This document shows positions 22,799 through 33,691 of a stretch of DNA of 64,000 bases, piece after piece. A program made the translations under genes and the position numbers. The number at the start of each line of letters is the position of its first letter. Positions within the stretch are counted from its first letter, which is position 1. The stretch covers positions 416,001 to 480,000 of the forward strand of contig CBDCKN010000009.1 in the NCBI GenBank assembly GCA_965218295.1. Reading direction: 5' to 3'. This DNA is from Longimicrobiales bacterium. GTDB taxonomy: Bacteria; Gemmatimonadota; Gemmatimonadetes; Longimicrobiales; Gaopeijiaceae. The notes under the pieces are model-generated. The model saw only the letters and a program-made list of their open reading frames with translations. It was not told where the DNA came from and searched no databases.

Positions 22799-22866
22799 CG
22801 GAACCTGTCAACGCCAGTGAGACACTCGGAGCCTGTCAACGCCAGTGAGACACTCTTGGGAATTAA

Positions 22867-23874
22867 TTAGAGAGCAATCTCCTGTGTAGTGAGGGATGGG
22901 GTGGGAGGATTGATCCAGACGGCCTCCGGGAGTGGTTTAGGCTTCGGCTCACCGGAGACGAAGCGCTCGGGATGAGCGGCCCATGCCTCACGGAGCACGG
23001 CCTTCCTGCAGGCGATGATCCGATCGGCGTGACCGAAGTGGACCTGTTCGGGGGTCAGCATCGAGATGCCGCCATGGCGGTGCTCGGCATTATACCAACG
23101 GAAGAACGAGCGACAGAAGGTCTTGGCTTGCCCCTGATCCCCGAACCGGCCGGGAAACGAGGGATGGTACTTCAAGGTCTTGAACTGAGCCTCGGAGAAC
23201 GGATTGTCATCCGAGACCTGGGGTCGGCCCAACGAGCGGGTCACGCCGAGATCGGCGAGTAGTTGAGCCGTGCATTGGCTCGTCATCGGAGCCCCTCGAT
23301 CGGAATGCAGGGTCAGGAGGTGGGGCTGGACGCCATGCTTCAAGCAACTCTGCTGGATCAGCCGGCTGGCCAGGGCAGAGTTCTCCCGATCCGCCACCAT
23401 CCATCCCACGACGTAGCGGCTGAAGATGTCCAGGATCACGTAGAGGTAGAAGTAACTCCACTTCTTCGGCCCCAGCAGCCGGGTGATATCCCAGGACCAG
23501 ACCTGGTTCGGGCCCCTCGCCATCAACTCGGGCTTCTGGTATTTGGGATGACTCCGCTGCGCTCGACGCTCCTGAACCGGCACCTGGGAAGCCAGAACGC
23601 GATACATCGTACGCTCGCTGCACAGGTAGACGTCCTCGTCGAGCAGCGTCGCCACCACCTCGGCTGGGGACCGGTCCACGAACCGCTCCGAACACAGGGT
23701 GTCGAAAATCTTGTCCCGCTCCCTCTCACTTAAGGCCCGGGCGGGGGTCGGGCGGGGCTGCTGATGCCCGGTCGATGCACTCCGACGACGGTAGAACGTG
23801 GCTCGCGGCACCCTGAGCGCATCGCACGCGGGCTTCACCCCTACGTGCTTGGCTAGCTCCTGGGTCGCCTTCAT
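22867..23874 (-). CDS. IS3-family transposase OrfB (DDE)
   Basis: PNQVWSWDIT, LHSDRG, DNPFSEAQFKTLK. Confidence 0.95.
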   Translation of the reverse strand: MKATQELAKHVGVKPACDALRVPRATFYRRRSASTGHQQPRPTPARALSERERDKIFDTLCSERFVDRSPAEVVATLLDEDVYLCSERTMYRVLASQVPVQERRAQRSHPKYQKPELMARGPNQVWSWDITRLLGPKKWSYFYLYVILDIFSRYVVGWMVADRENSALASRLIQQSCLKHGVQPHLLTLHSDRGAPMTSQCTAQLLADLGVTRSLGRPQVSDDNPFSEAQFKTLKYHPSFPGRFGDQGQAKTFCRSFFRWYNAEHRHGGISMLTPEQVHFGHADRIIACRKAVLREAWAAHPERFVSGEPKPKPLPEAVWINPPTPSLTTQEIAL

Positions 23875-24320
23875 GAGTTCGTCCCGTCCTCGAGGCTCAA
23901 TCCCAGCAGCCCTGCAACTTTTCCCTGGACGTCGATGATCAAGTGCGCCTTCTGGAGCTCCTTCTCGAGGCGAGTGTTCTCGCGCTCCAGCTTGCGCACC
24001 TTCTCCTCCAGCGGATTGCGCTCGCGCTTACGGCCTCGTTTCTTCGACAGCGCTTTCAGGGACCCGCTATGCGCCGCCTTGCGCCATGTCGTCAGGTGCG
24101 ACGAGTATAAGCCCTCCCGCCGTAGGAGTCGGCCAACCTCTCCGGGCTCCGTGCACCGGTCCGCTTCTTCGACGATCCGCAGCTTGTACGACGGAGCGAA
24201 CCGCCGGCGCAGCGGCCTATCTACCACCTCCGAGTCCGCAGGAGCTGCCGCGCTTCGCTTACCGTCCCAGGTTGGTGGGGCTATTCCATTCTCTTTCATT
24301 CTCTCACGGTGTCTCAGCAT
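23871..24320 (-). CDS. IS3-family OrfA (HTH + coiled coil)
   Basis: RRRFAPSYKLRIVEEAD...LLRREGLYSSHLTTWR; ATGA overlap with orfB. Confidence 0.9.
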   Translation of the reverse strand: MLRHRERMKENGIAPPTWDGKRSAAAPADSEVVDRPLRRRFAPSYKLRIVEEADRCTEPGEVGRLLRREGLYSSHLTTWRKAAHSGSLKALSKKRGRKRERNPLEEKVRKLERENTRLEKELQKAHLIIDVQGKVAGLLGLSLEDGTNS

Positions 24321-24393
24321 CCTCGGTTTCTCTGCCTTCGCCCTACTCTAATTCCTTAGCTGCTCCGTGTCTCACGTAAGTTGGCAGAGAGGG

Positions 24394-24626
24394 AACGTGA
24401 GATATCTTCCGGGCTCCCCGGACATTGCGAACAAATCCAAGCGAAAGGCGCTCTTTGTACATGGATGTTTCTGGCACTACCACAAGGGGTGTCCACGGGG
24501 GACGGTCCCAAAGAGGAATTCCGCCTACTGGGAGGAGAAACTTGAGCGGAACCGTGAACGAGATCGGCAGAAGACTGAAGCCCTTTCTGGCCTCGGCTAC
24601 ACGACATACTCGTGGTTTGGGAATGC
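24394..24626 (+). pseudogene. vsr: Vsr-like very-short-patch-repair endonuclease remnant
   Basis: LPGSPDI...LFVHGCFWH.H..C....PK.N..YW..K..RNRERD; the 'LVVWEC' motif follows in a shifted frame. 5' end removed by the IS3 element. Confidence 0.85.
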
Positions 24627-24905
24627 CGTTCTGCGGTACGGAGATGCAGAGACGCTCAGCCTCGGGCGGGCGCGGGCATTGCTCGATGCGTTGAAGCAGC
24701 TATCGGTGGAAGACCCTTATTTCAGATCTGAGGATTGGGGTCCACATGCCGCTGCGGGACTGATGCGTGAGGAACTCAAGGACGACATCCTGGCCATCAT
24801 CGATGCGCCCGACCACGCGCAGCTCACGAGTTTCCTCCTTGAAGCTATGGTTGGCACACCACTCGCGCGGCAACTTCGCCCCGAATTGGAGGCAATGCTG
24901 TTCGC

Positions 24906-26283
24906 GAGCTAGGATCAAAGGGTGTGTAAAAAGAGAGGCGACGTACCTTTCCGCTGAGTAATAACCAGCGAACTCCGGGTGACAGCCCGGGGGAAAGGAA
25001 CGACGCCTCGTGAGGAAGAATACGGTGGGACCCGAGGGTGAGTCCAGGACGCCCGTGTGGGAAGTTCTGGAAGAAGTGGTTCGGGAGAAGGCGCAGGAGT
25101 TCATTCAACAGATCTTGGAGGAGGAAGTCACGGAGTTGCTAGGGCGAGAGAAGTCAGAGCGCAGGAGGGTGGTGGACGCGACCGAGGGCTACCGCAACGG
25201 ATACGGCAAGCCGAGGCGGCTGGCGATGAGCTCGGGCACGATCACACTCCGACGCCCTCGAGTTCGAGGCCTTGAGGAGCGGTTCGAGAGCCGCGTGCTG
25301 CCGTTGTTCGCGAGGCGGACGAAGGAGCTGGGCGCTCTGCTTCCGGAGCTGTATCTGCACGGACTGGCGGAGGGAGACTTCGAGTTGGCGATGCGGGGCC
25401 TGCTGGGCGAGGGGGCACCGCTGTCGAAGTCTTCGATTCGGCGGCTGCGGGCGGGATGGACGGCGGAGTTCGAGGAATGGAGCCAGCGTCGCCTGGAGGG
25501 TCGTGAGGTCGTCTACGTGTGGGCGGACGGGATCTATGTGAAGGCAGGGCTGGAGCGGGACAAAGCGGCGCTGCTGGTGGTGCTGGGTGCCATGCGAGAC
25601 GGGACGAAAGAGGTGTTGGCCCTGAGAGCGGGCTACCGAGAGTCGGTCGAGTCCTGGTCCGAGGTGTTGCGGGACCTGAAGGCACGCGGCATCGAGGCGC
25701 CCCGGCTTCTGATGGCGGACGGTAACGCTGCGATCTGGGGCGCAGTACGGCAGGTATGGCCTGAGGCGGGTGAGCAACGGTGCTGGAACCACAAGATGAG
25801 GAACGTGCTGGACCGACTACCTCAGCGGGAGCAGGGCGAGGCGAAGGATCTTCTCCGGGCCGTGGTCTACGCACCGAGCCGGGCCGAGGCCCTGAAGGCC
25901 CGCGAGGTGTTCGCCCGACGCTATAGGCCGTGGTATCCGAAAGCAGTGGACGTACTCGAGGACGACTGGGAGCGGATGGTAGCGTTCTACGACTTCCCCG
26001 AGGACCACTGGAAGCATCTACGCACGACGAACGTGGTCGAGAGCCCGTTCGCCGCGGTACGGCTCAGGACGACAGCAGCGAAGCGGTTCAAGCGGGTCGA
26101 GAGCGCTACGGCGCTAATCTGGAAGTTGCTCTTGGTGGCTGAGAAGCGGTTCCGAAGGCTCGACGCTCCTCACCTCCTCAAGGACGTATTTGAAGGAAGA
26201 AAGTTCGAAGACGGAAAGCCCGTCTCACACCAACAGCGGAAGAACGCCGCCTAATACGTTTACACACCTATTGACCCAACCTC
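24906..26283 (+). mobile_element. IS256-family element, copy A
   Basis: Ends GAGCTAGGATCAAAGGGTGTGTAAA and TTTACACACCTATTGACCCAACCTC; 8-bp duplication CTGTTCGC. Confidence 0.95.
25010..26254 (+). CDS. IS256-family transposase
   Basis: GYRNGY, YVWADGIY, LMADG, QRCWNHK, LRTTNVVES. Confidence 0.95.
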   Translation: MRKNTVGPEGESRTPVWEVLEEVVREKAQEFIQQILEEEVTELLGREKSERRRVVDATEGYRNGYGKPRRLAMSSGTITLRRPRVRGLEERFESRVLPLFARRTKELGALLPELYLHGLAEGDFELAMRGLLGEGAPLSKSSIRRLRAGWTAEFEEWSQRRLEGREVVYVWADGIYVKAGLERDKAALLVVLGAMRDGTKEVLALRAGYRESVESWSEVLRDLKARGIEAPRLLMADGNAAIWGAVRQVWPEAGEQRCWNHKMRNVLDRLPQREQGEAKDLLRAVVYAPSRAEALKAREVFARRYRPWYPKAVDVLEDDWERMVAFYDFPEDHWKHLRTTNVVESPFAAVRLRTTAAKRFKRVESATALIWKLLLVAEKRFRRLDAPHLLKDVFEGRKFEDGKPVSHQQRKNAA

Positions 26284-28274
26284 CTGTTCGCTCGAGACCG
26301 TGACTATCAGGAGCGGTTGCGAGCTACCGCTGCAATATCCGCTGAAGGCAGTGTCTACGATCGGGAAGCCCTTATTCGCCAGCTTCTCGAATTGAACGAC
26401 GGCGATGCTGCGCGGCTCGCATTCTACCTCCTCCACGAGGTCGGGGCGGGGGCCGTTTCCGCAGATATTGTCTTGGACACCGTCTTGGCGTTTCCGGGGC
26501 TTGACGCGAAGCGTGATCCCACTTCGACATCCGGCGAGATCTGGTACCCGCCCGACAGTCTTTTCCGTGGCCTTGGTGTCGACGAGATCCCGACACTTCT
26601 CGACCGCTTGGTCGAACGGGTGGGACCGTCGCTGGAGGACGCCAACCACTCCGCGAGGTCATTCCTCACGGACTCGGTGACACACCTCGTAATCCGGACT
26701 CTCGAGGGCGATCCCGAAATCGAGCCGGAGCGCCTATGGGCGTGGCTCGGCTGGATAGAAGAACGCGACTCTCTCGCCAGGGACAGCCGAGAACAGCTCA
26801 CCGCAGTATTCCGAGAGAACCGAGCTCTTCGTGCGGCGCTTCTGAAACATGTGCTACTGACGCCGCGCGCCGACAATCTCTGGATGGCCCATGATCGCCT
26901 CGGGGAAATGGGATTCGGCCTGGATCCAACAAGTGAGGACCTTGCGGGCGTGCTGAGGGCCCTGCGCACACGGGCAGACGATGGCCCGATAGATCCAAAC
27001 ATGTGGCGCGACCTCTTGCGCCTTGACTGTTCTCCCATCGTGCGGGATACGGCTGCCGAAGTGGCAAACGCGGACCCCGAACTGCTGTCCATAGTCACCG
27101 AGATGTCTGAGGTAGTCGCGCCGGAATGGAGGGTCCGAGAGGAGCAGCGCAGAGCTCGCATGAAAGCGGAGCAACAGGAGAGTTATCAATCCCATCGCGA
27201 TACGCTTGCCGAGAACGCTACGGACGTTGTCGCTGGCGATTTCCGCTTTCTGGCCTTGCCGGCCGCTGTGTATCTCAATCGAAGCAATGCGCTCCCTAGA
27301 CATTTCCGTCTTGATTCCGAGGCATCCCCGCAAGAGCGTCTGAGCATTTTTCTCGGCGACACACTCAGTGAGCAGGTGTTCTCAGGCTTCGTGGCGGTCC
27401 TGAGTCGTAGCGACTTGCCGAGCGCTTCCGAAGTCGCCCAAGCGCATTGCAAAGACAAACACTGGAACGTCGAGGCGCCCATGATATGCGGTGTCGCCGG
27501 GATGCTTCGCCAGGGCTGCCCGATCGATACCGTCGATCGGGGCACGCTCGCCGCAGTCTACATGGCATGGCAACGAGCTCCAGAGTCAAACGTTGTTGGG
27601 CCAATGGACATCGGGCCGGCCCTCGAAGCGGTCCTGTTCACAACGGAAGAGGACGAGGAAGCCCACTTCCGCACCAGCATAGAGCCTCAGCTGCGTCGCA
27701 ACCTAGAACACATCCGCGAGTTGCACCGGCTTGTCGAACAACCCCGCTTCTCCGCGCTGGCAGGCCGCCTCGCGATGGTGTCCCGCTGACAGTTGAAGGT
27801 GGTGGCTCCGGAGAGTCTCCTTGTTAGCCTGCCTTTCTCATTTCGGCAACCGGTTCATGGTCGTCGAGGTGGGCCCTGAGCATCCAGAGCTGGTCGTAGC
27901 CGATGATCCTCCGGTAGCTCTTCTCGGTCTCCACGAACGAGGCCGCAGCCCAGCGCAAGGCCATCGCTCCGTTCTTCCAGTTGGTCACCCTGCGGGTCTT
28001 CTGTCTTACGCCCGAGTGGGTGCTGTCGATCAGGTTGGTCGAGCCCAGGCACTTCCTCAGCCGCGGCGGGAGGCCGAGCCGGTTGATCGTGAACATCTCG
28101 CTGAGGCCTTCGCGTAGGCTGGCCGAGGCCGAGGGGTGGTCGCGCTCGAGCCATCGGGCGAGCTGCTCGAGCTTCTGCTCGCCCTCCTTCGCGTCCAGCT
28201 TCATCGCTGCCCGGAACACCGCCTTCACCTGAGCGTGCTGATCCTTCGGCAGATGACCCAGCACGTTGCGGAGC

Positions 28275-29651
28275 GAGCTAGGATCAAAGGGTGTGTAAAA
28301 AGAGAGGCGACGTACCTTTGCGCTGAGATTTAAACCAGCGAGCCCGGGTGACAGCCCGGGGAAAGGAACGTCGCCTCATGAGAGAGGATATCGCGGGACC
28401 CCAGGGTGCGTCCAGCAGGCCGATGTGGGAGACGCTCGAGGGGATGGTTAGGGAGAAGGCGCAGGAGTTCATCCAACAGATCATGGAGGAGGAAGTCACG
28501 GAGTTGTTAGGCCGGGAGAAGTCAGAGCGCAGGAGTACGGTGGACTCGGCCGAGGGCTACCGCAACGGATATGGCAAGCTGAGGCGGTTGGCGATGAGCT
28601 CGGGCACGATCACACTCCGACGCCCTCGGGTTCGGGGCGTCGAGGAGCGGTTCGAGAGTCGGGTGCTGCCGTTGTTCGCGAGGCGGACGAAGGAGCTGGG
28701 CGCTCTGCTTCCGGAGCTGTATCTGCACGGACTGGCAGAGGGAGACTTCGAGCTGGCGATGCGGGGACTGCTAGGCGAGGGGGCACCGCTGTCGAAGTCT
28801 TCGATTCGGAGACTGCGGGCGGGATGGACGGCGGAGTTCGAGGAATGGAGCCAGCGTCGCCTGGAGGGCCGTGAGGTCGTCTACGTATGGGCGGACGGGA
28901 TCTACGTGAAGGCAGGGCTCGAGCGGGACAAGGCGGCGCTACTGGTGGTGCTGGGCGCGATGCGAGACGGGACGAAGGAGGTGTTGGCCCTGAGATCGGG
29001 CTACCGAGAGTCGGTCGAGTCCTGGTCGGAGGTGTTGCGGGATCTGAAGGCACGCGGCATCGAGGCGCCCCGGCTTTTGATGGCGGACGGCAACGCGGCG
29101 ATCTGGGGCGCAGTACGGCAGGTATGGCCTGAGGCGGGCGAGCAACGGTGCTGGAACCACAAGATGAGGAACGTGCTGGACCGGCTGCCTCAGCGGGAGC
29201 AGGGCGAGGCGAAGGATCTTCTCAGGGCCGTGGTCTACGCACCGAGCCGGGCCGAGGCGGTGAGGGCCCGTGAGGCGTTCGCCAGACGCTACAGGCCGTG
29301 GTATCCGAAAGCGGTGGACGTACTCGAGGACGACTGGGAGCGGATGGTGGCCTTCTACGACTTCCCCGAGGATCACTGGAAGCATCTACGCACGACGAAC
29401 GTGGTCGAGAGCCCGTTCGCTGCGGTACGGCTCAGGACGACGGCGGCGAAGCGGTTCAAGCGAGTGGAGAGCGCTACGGCGCTGATCTGGAAGTTACTCT
29501 TGGTGGCCGAGAAGCGGTTCCGAAGGCTCGACGCTCCTCACCTCCTCAAGGACGTATTTGAAGGAAGAAAGTTCGAAGACGGAAAGCCCGTCTCAACCCA
29601 ACAGCGGAAGAATGCCGCCTGATACGTTTACACACCTATTGACCCAACTTC
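28275..29651 (+). mobile_element. IS256-family element, copy B (diverged isoform of A/C), nested
   Basis: Same ends as copy A; 8-bp duplication TGCGGAGC. Confidence 0.95.
28378..29622 (+). CDS. IS256-family transposase
   Basis: Near-identical protein to 25010-26254. Confidence 0.95.
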   Translation: MREDIAGPQGASSRPMWETLEGMVREKAQEFIQQIMEEEVTELLGREKSERRSTVDSAEGYRNGYGKLRRLAMSSGTITLRRPRVRGVEERFESRVLPLFARRTKELGALLPELYLHGLAEGDFELAMRGLLGEGAPLSKSSIRRLRAGWTAEFEEWSQRRLEGREVVYVWADGIYVKAGLERDKAALLVVLGAMRDGTKEVLALRSGYRESVESWSEVLRDLKARGIEAPRLLMADGNAAIWGAVRQVWPEAGEQRCWNHKMRNVLDRLPQREQGEAKDLLRAVVYAPSRAEAVRAREAFARRYRPWYPKAVDVLEDDWERMVAFYDFPEDHWKHLRTTNVVESPFAAVRLRTTAAKRFKRVESATALIWKLLLVAEKRFRRLDAPHLLKDVFEGRKFEDGKPVSTQQRKNAA

Positions 29652-32535
29652 TGCGGAGCTTGTGGTTGCGGCACCGCTGGATGGGGTGGCGTTGGCCGAA
29701 CACCTGGCCGATCGCCTTCCTGAGCGCCTTCGAGCCGTCGATCACGAACAGACGCCGCCTGTTCGGGTCCATCCCGCGCTCGACCAGGTCCTCCAGAAGC
29801 GCCCCGGTCACCTCGGCGTTCTCACTCGCTCCTTCCCTCACGCCCAGCACGTGCTTCTTCCCGTCTGAGTCCACACCAACGGCCGCCAGCACGTGGTGCG
29901 AGCCCATCTGGATCCCGTCCAGGTAGATCACCAGCAGGTCCCTCGCATCCAGCCGGCGTTCCATCAGCTCCTTCAGCACGCGCTCTGAGGCCTCGGTCGC
30001 TTCGCGGCTCACCGCCGACTTGCTCACCCCGACCGTGTCGGCCATCTCTGCAATCACACGGCCGTACTTCCGCGTGCTGACCCCCGCCATCAGGATCTCG
30101 AGCATCCGATCCGCTACGGCGCCTGGCCTCCGCATCGCCGTGTACGCCGGCACCTCGACCTCGCCTCCCTCACCTGCGCTCCGCCGCCTGAGCCGTGGCC
30201 GCTCCACACGCACCTTCCGATCCGACAGGTAGACCAGACCACCCTGCCGGCCGTACCACACCGTGTCGTCTTTCGCTCGTGACCGGCCCGCCTGCTTCGG
30301 ACCCGCTACCCCTTCGGCGCTCATCTCCAGCACCGCCTCGATCGTCGCGCGTCCCATCACCTCAATCACCTCGTCGATCGCGAGCTCGGCATGCTCCACC
30401 AACTCAAGCATCGGCAGCAGAAACTGACCCTCCCGCTTCAGGAACTCCCTGATCGCTCGCTTGTCCGCTCGCTCCGTGACCTCGTACGTTCTCTTCATTG
30501 TGGTGGCTCCGTGTTGGGGGTTTTTCCCTGCCCGATCCTACCTGGATCGGGTCCCCCGGAGCCACCACTTCTTTCCTCCCCTATCAGGGACCTTCAACTA
30601 CCGACGGGACAGCTTCCGCCTCGCTGTCGAATGGCTGGGCGCATACCCTGCATTGTCCACCTCCACCCAGGGGCAACTCCTGACCTGCGCGCTTAATAAC
30701 GCCACGTCTGAAATGGTCCGGGCACTCCGAGCTGACATCCAGACGAGTGGCCACTGGGATGACGAGACGAAGACAATTTGGCTATTGGCGGACTATATCG
30801 TCGACTTCGACAGTCACCGCAACGTGCTTGAGGAGGCAGCTGAGGATAACCGAAACTTGCTCTGGACCATCCGGAACCAGGTTCGGCCGAGAGGTCGGGA
30901 GCGATTCCACCGGCTCTCGCTCGACCATCTCGTCTTCATCGTAGAGACTTTCGGCACGCATTGGCCCAGAAGAACATTTCCCAACACCGTCTTTCATGGC
31001 GATGGCAACCCGTGGGATGCAAGCGAGTTCATCGAGCGCTCGATCCATGCGATCGCTAGCCGCCCATCGCCTCAAGCCACCGAAGCATTGCAAAGCCTGA
31101 TCGCGGATTACGCCCCGACGTACGCTGATACGGCAAGGCACGCGCTCGCGCTTCAGCTCAGGACCCGGCGGGACTCCGAATATACCGCACCCACGCTCGA
31201 ACAGCTTAGGGCTGTGATGACGGACGAACTACCCGAGACCATTGATGACATGCGGGCATTCTTTGCAGACCGTATAGCGGATCTCCAAGGGCGGATGCGT
31301 GGCAGCAACACGGACATGTGGGAGGCCTATTGGGTCGATGACAGACCTAGGAAGGAGACCTTCTGCCGGAACCGCCTTATCGAACACATTTCGGGCGCGT
31401 TGCCGGAGTCGATTCGGTTCGAGCCGGAGATGCACATGCCCGGTCAGACGCGGGTGGACATCGCCGCGATCCGGAACACCATCGGGCTACCGGTCGAGAT
31501 CAAGTGCCAATGGCATCGCGAAGTGTGGAACGCCGCGAGCGACCAACTCGATACGAAATATGCGCGTGACTGGCGCGCGCAAGGCCGCGGCGTGTACATC
31601 GTTCTTTGGTTCGGCGACGTTCCCGGGAAGCAGATCCCAGGACATCCGGAGGGTCTCGAACGGCCTGCGACACCTGAAACGCTCAGGCAGATGCTGATCG
31701 ATCGCTTGAGGCGCGACGCCCATTGATCGATGTCCTCGTCATCGATATCAGCAGGTCCATGGGGACCGCCTGAGTTTCACTGATCGACCAGGGTACCACT
31801 CATATGACAATGCCTATGGACTGCTTCGCCTCGTCGTTCCAGGCGGCGGCGCCCTGACCCCGGCGAATGGCTTGATCAGAAGCCTGTCCGCCCGTGCGGG
31901 CGTGACCGATCTCAGTCTTGCCACCCCGTGCGTCCCACAGGCCAGCATCACGCCAATCCGCACCATCATCCAGGATTGGCCGAACGGTTACGCGAGGTTC
32001 GTTCGGTTCACGGACAACTCGTCCGCGGACCTCCGTTACGGTCCACTGGATTCCCGTCCTGTAAGAGGGATTGAATGAGGGGACGGTAGTGTGGGGATGA
32101 CCCATATCTATCGTAACAATAATGACTTATGAATATCATACTGCAGCTGATGCAGGAATGGGCCGACTATCTGGACCAGCTTAGGGGCGGTGAGGAGCTG
32201 GAGGCCAACGCAGCCGCGCTCTACGGCTTTGGGAAGCCCCGGGCGTTCGTCGGCTGAGATCCCTTGGAGAGGTAGATCCAGCGCCCGAAGAACTGACCCC
32301 GGCCCAGCGAACACGGCAGGAGAGGAACGCGTAGGCTCAGGTGCAGAGCAGCTGCAGCGGTTTGAGTGCGAGGTGCACAGCCTTCCCGTGGGATCCGAGG
32401 TTGAGCGCCGCGAACCGTGTTCGCGAGAGGCCTCGAGCGCGAGAAGCCCGGAGCAGACCGTTGCTGTATTCTGGAGAAGCGTGTCTTTTCCTAAGTTCGA
32501 CCGGGCGCGTCGAAATACCATCCAGAAGGAGTACC

Positions 32536-33687
32536 GTGCATCACATTCGTTGGGAACTTGAAGCGCTTCGCGAGGCAGCTTTGAGCGCTGATCCGGTAAC
32601 AGGTCTTACTCACGGATTCTATCGTTACCCGGCCCGATTCTCTCCTCAGCTTGCGAGAGCAGCCATCCGACTCTTTTCGGAGCCAGGCCAGTTGGTGTTG
32701 GACCCGTTTTCCGGCGGGGGCACTACCGTTGTGGAGGCGGCGGCGATGGGTCGGAGAGTGGTCGGTACCGATATCAGCGAACTGGCCACTTTCCTTGCGA
32801 GGTTGAAGACGGCCCGCGTTCCACCTCGCGCTGCGACTGTGCTCCGTGCCTGGGCTCAGGATACGGTTCCCCTGCTTCGTTACCGCGACCCGGTTAGCGA
32901 GTCGAGCCAACCGCCCCCGGGAACCGATCGGAATCTCTGCGGGCCGGCTACGCGCGCGATCCGTAAGCTGATCGGAGTTGCTCTCTCGAGCATTCCCAAT
33001 GATCCCGATCCGACCGTGGAGACAATCGCGCGTGGGGCTATCCTGGGCACAGCGCAGTGGGCGATAGATGGGCGTCGACAAGTTGCCGAGGTGGGTGCCT
33101 ACCGCAGCCGCCTCCAAGCTACCGTCCACAAGATGCTGGATGATCTCCGACTTCTGTGGGAGCGAGGGGAAGCCGTTGGCGCCAAGACTCCGTACCTCGC
33201 TACCGCAGACGCTCTCCGCGTGGGCTCCGTGTCTCCCCTTGCGGATGGTACGGTTGTCGACCTCGTGGTAACTAGCCCTCCGTACCCTGGGATCCACGTT
33301 CTCTATCACCGCTGGCAGACCGGAGGGGGCAAGGAGACCGCCACCCCGTTTTGGATCGCAGCCGCGAGAGACGGGAAAGGGGAGTCCCACTACACGATGG
33401 GTGGCCGCCGCAGCCGCACCTACTTCGAACGGCTTGGCGTGAGAATGACGGCCATTCGGGAGGTGATGCGGGACGGCGCCTTCCTTGTTCAGGTCGTGGG
33501 TTTCTCCCGACCCGCGGTGCAGTTGAAGCTGTACTTAGAGACCATGCAGGCTAGCGGGTTCATTGAGACACCTCAGCTAGAGGGCGCCAGAATCTGGCGC
33601 GATGTGCCCGGGCGCCGGTGGTACGCGGCCCAACGCCGTGCAACGCCCGCGGCTCGAGAGGTCGTCCTGGTGCACCAAGCGGGCTAG
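32536..33687 (+). CDS. amino-DNA methyltransferase (m4C/m6A type)
   Basis: YPARF, DPFSGGGTT (motif I), VTSPPY (motif IV). GTG start after AAGGAG. Confidence 0.88.
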   Translation: MHHIRWELEALREAALSADPVTGLTHGFYRYPARFSPQLARAAIRLFSEPGQLVLDPFSGGGTTVVEAAAMGRRVVGTDISELATFLARLKTARVPPRAATVLRAWAQDTVPLLRYRDPVSESSQPPPGTDRNLCGPATRAIRKLIGVALSSIPNDPDPTVETIARGAILGTAQWAIDGRRQVAEVGAYRSRLQATVHKMLDDLRLLWERGEAVGAKTPYLATADALRVGSVSPLADGTVVDLVVTSPPYPGIHVLYHRWQTGGGKETATPFWIAAARDGKGESHYTMGGRRSRTYFERLGVRMTAIREVMRDGAFLVQVVGFSRPAVQLKLYLETMQASGFIETPQLEGARIWRDVPGRRWYAAQRRATPAAREVVLVHQAG

Positions 33688-33691
33688 GCTC

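Larger units (their letters stand above)
22827..24393 (-). mobile_element. IS3-family element copy 1 (1567 bp), with an extra tandem right end at 22799-22826
   Basis: orfA/orfB; inverted repeats TGCCAACTTACGTGAGACAC and TGTCAACGCCAGTGAGACAC; near-identical to the other copies. Confidence 0.93.
27824..30498 (-). pseudogene. IS256-family transposase interrupted by nested copy B
   Basis: VIYLDGI, FVIDGSKAL, QRCRNHKLR|NVLGHLP, STNLIDS. Confidence 0.9.
27774..30616 (-). mobile_element. second IS256-family element (different subgroup) containing a nested IS
   Basis: Inverted ends GATGGTGTCCCGCTGACAGTTGAAGGT and ACCTTCAACTACCGACGGGACAGCTTC; 8-bp duplication CGCCTCGC. Confidence 0.92.
24625..31773 (+). 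pseudogene. large helical protein with C-terminal PD-(D/E)XK-like nuclease domain; 5' part deleted, split by IS256 elements
   Basis: Fragments 24625-24905, 26292-27773 and 30625-31773 join in frame after IS removal (MLFA|RDRDY; GRLA|VEWL). C-terminal 'E.HM....RVDI......LPVEIKCQWH'. Confidence 0.8.

Noticed and set aside
22799..22854. CRISPR-like array from the 28-bp and 31-bp tandem units
   Set aside because: Only two units, no spacers, identical to IS ends, and no cas genes in the window.
31800..32535. ORFs between the nuclease pseudogene and the methyltransferase
   Set aside because: No coherent protein features; treated as intergenic or degraded sequence.
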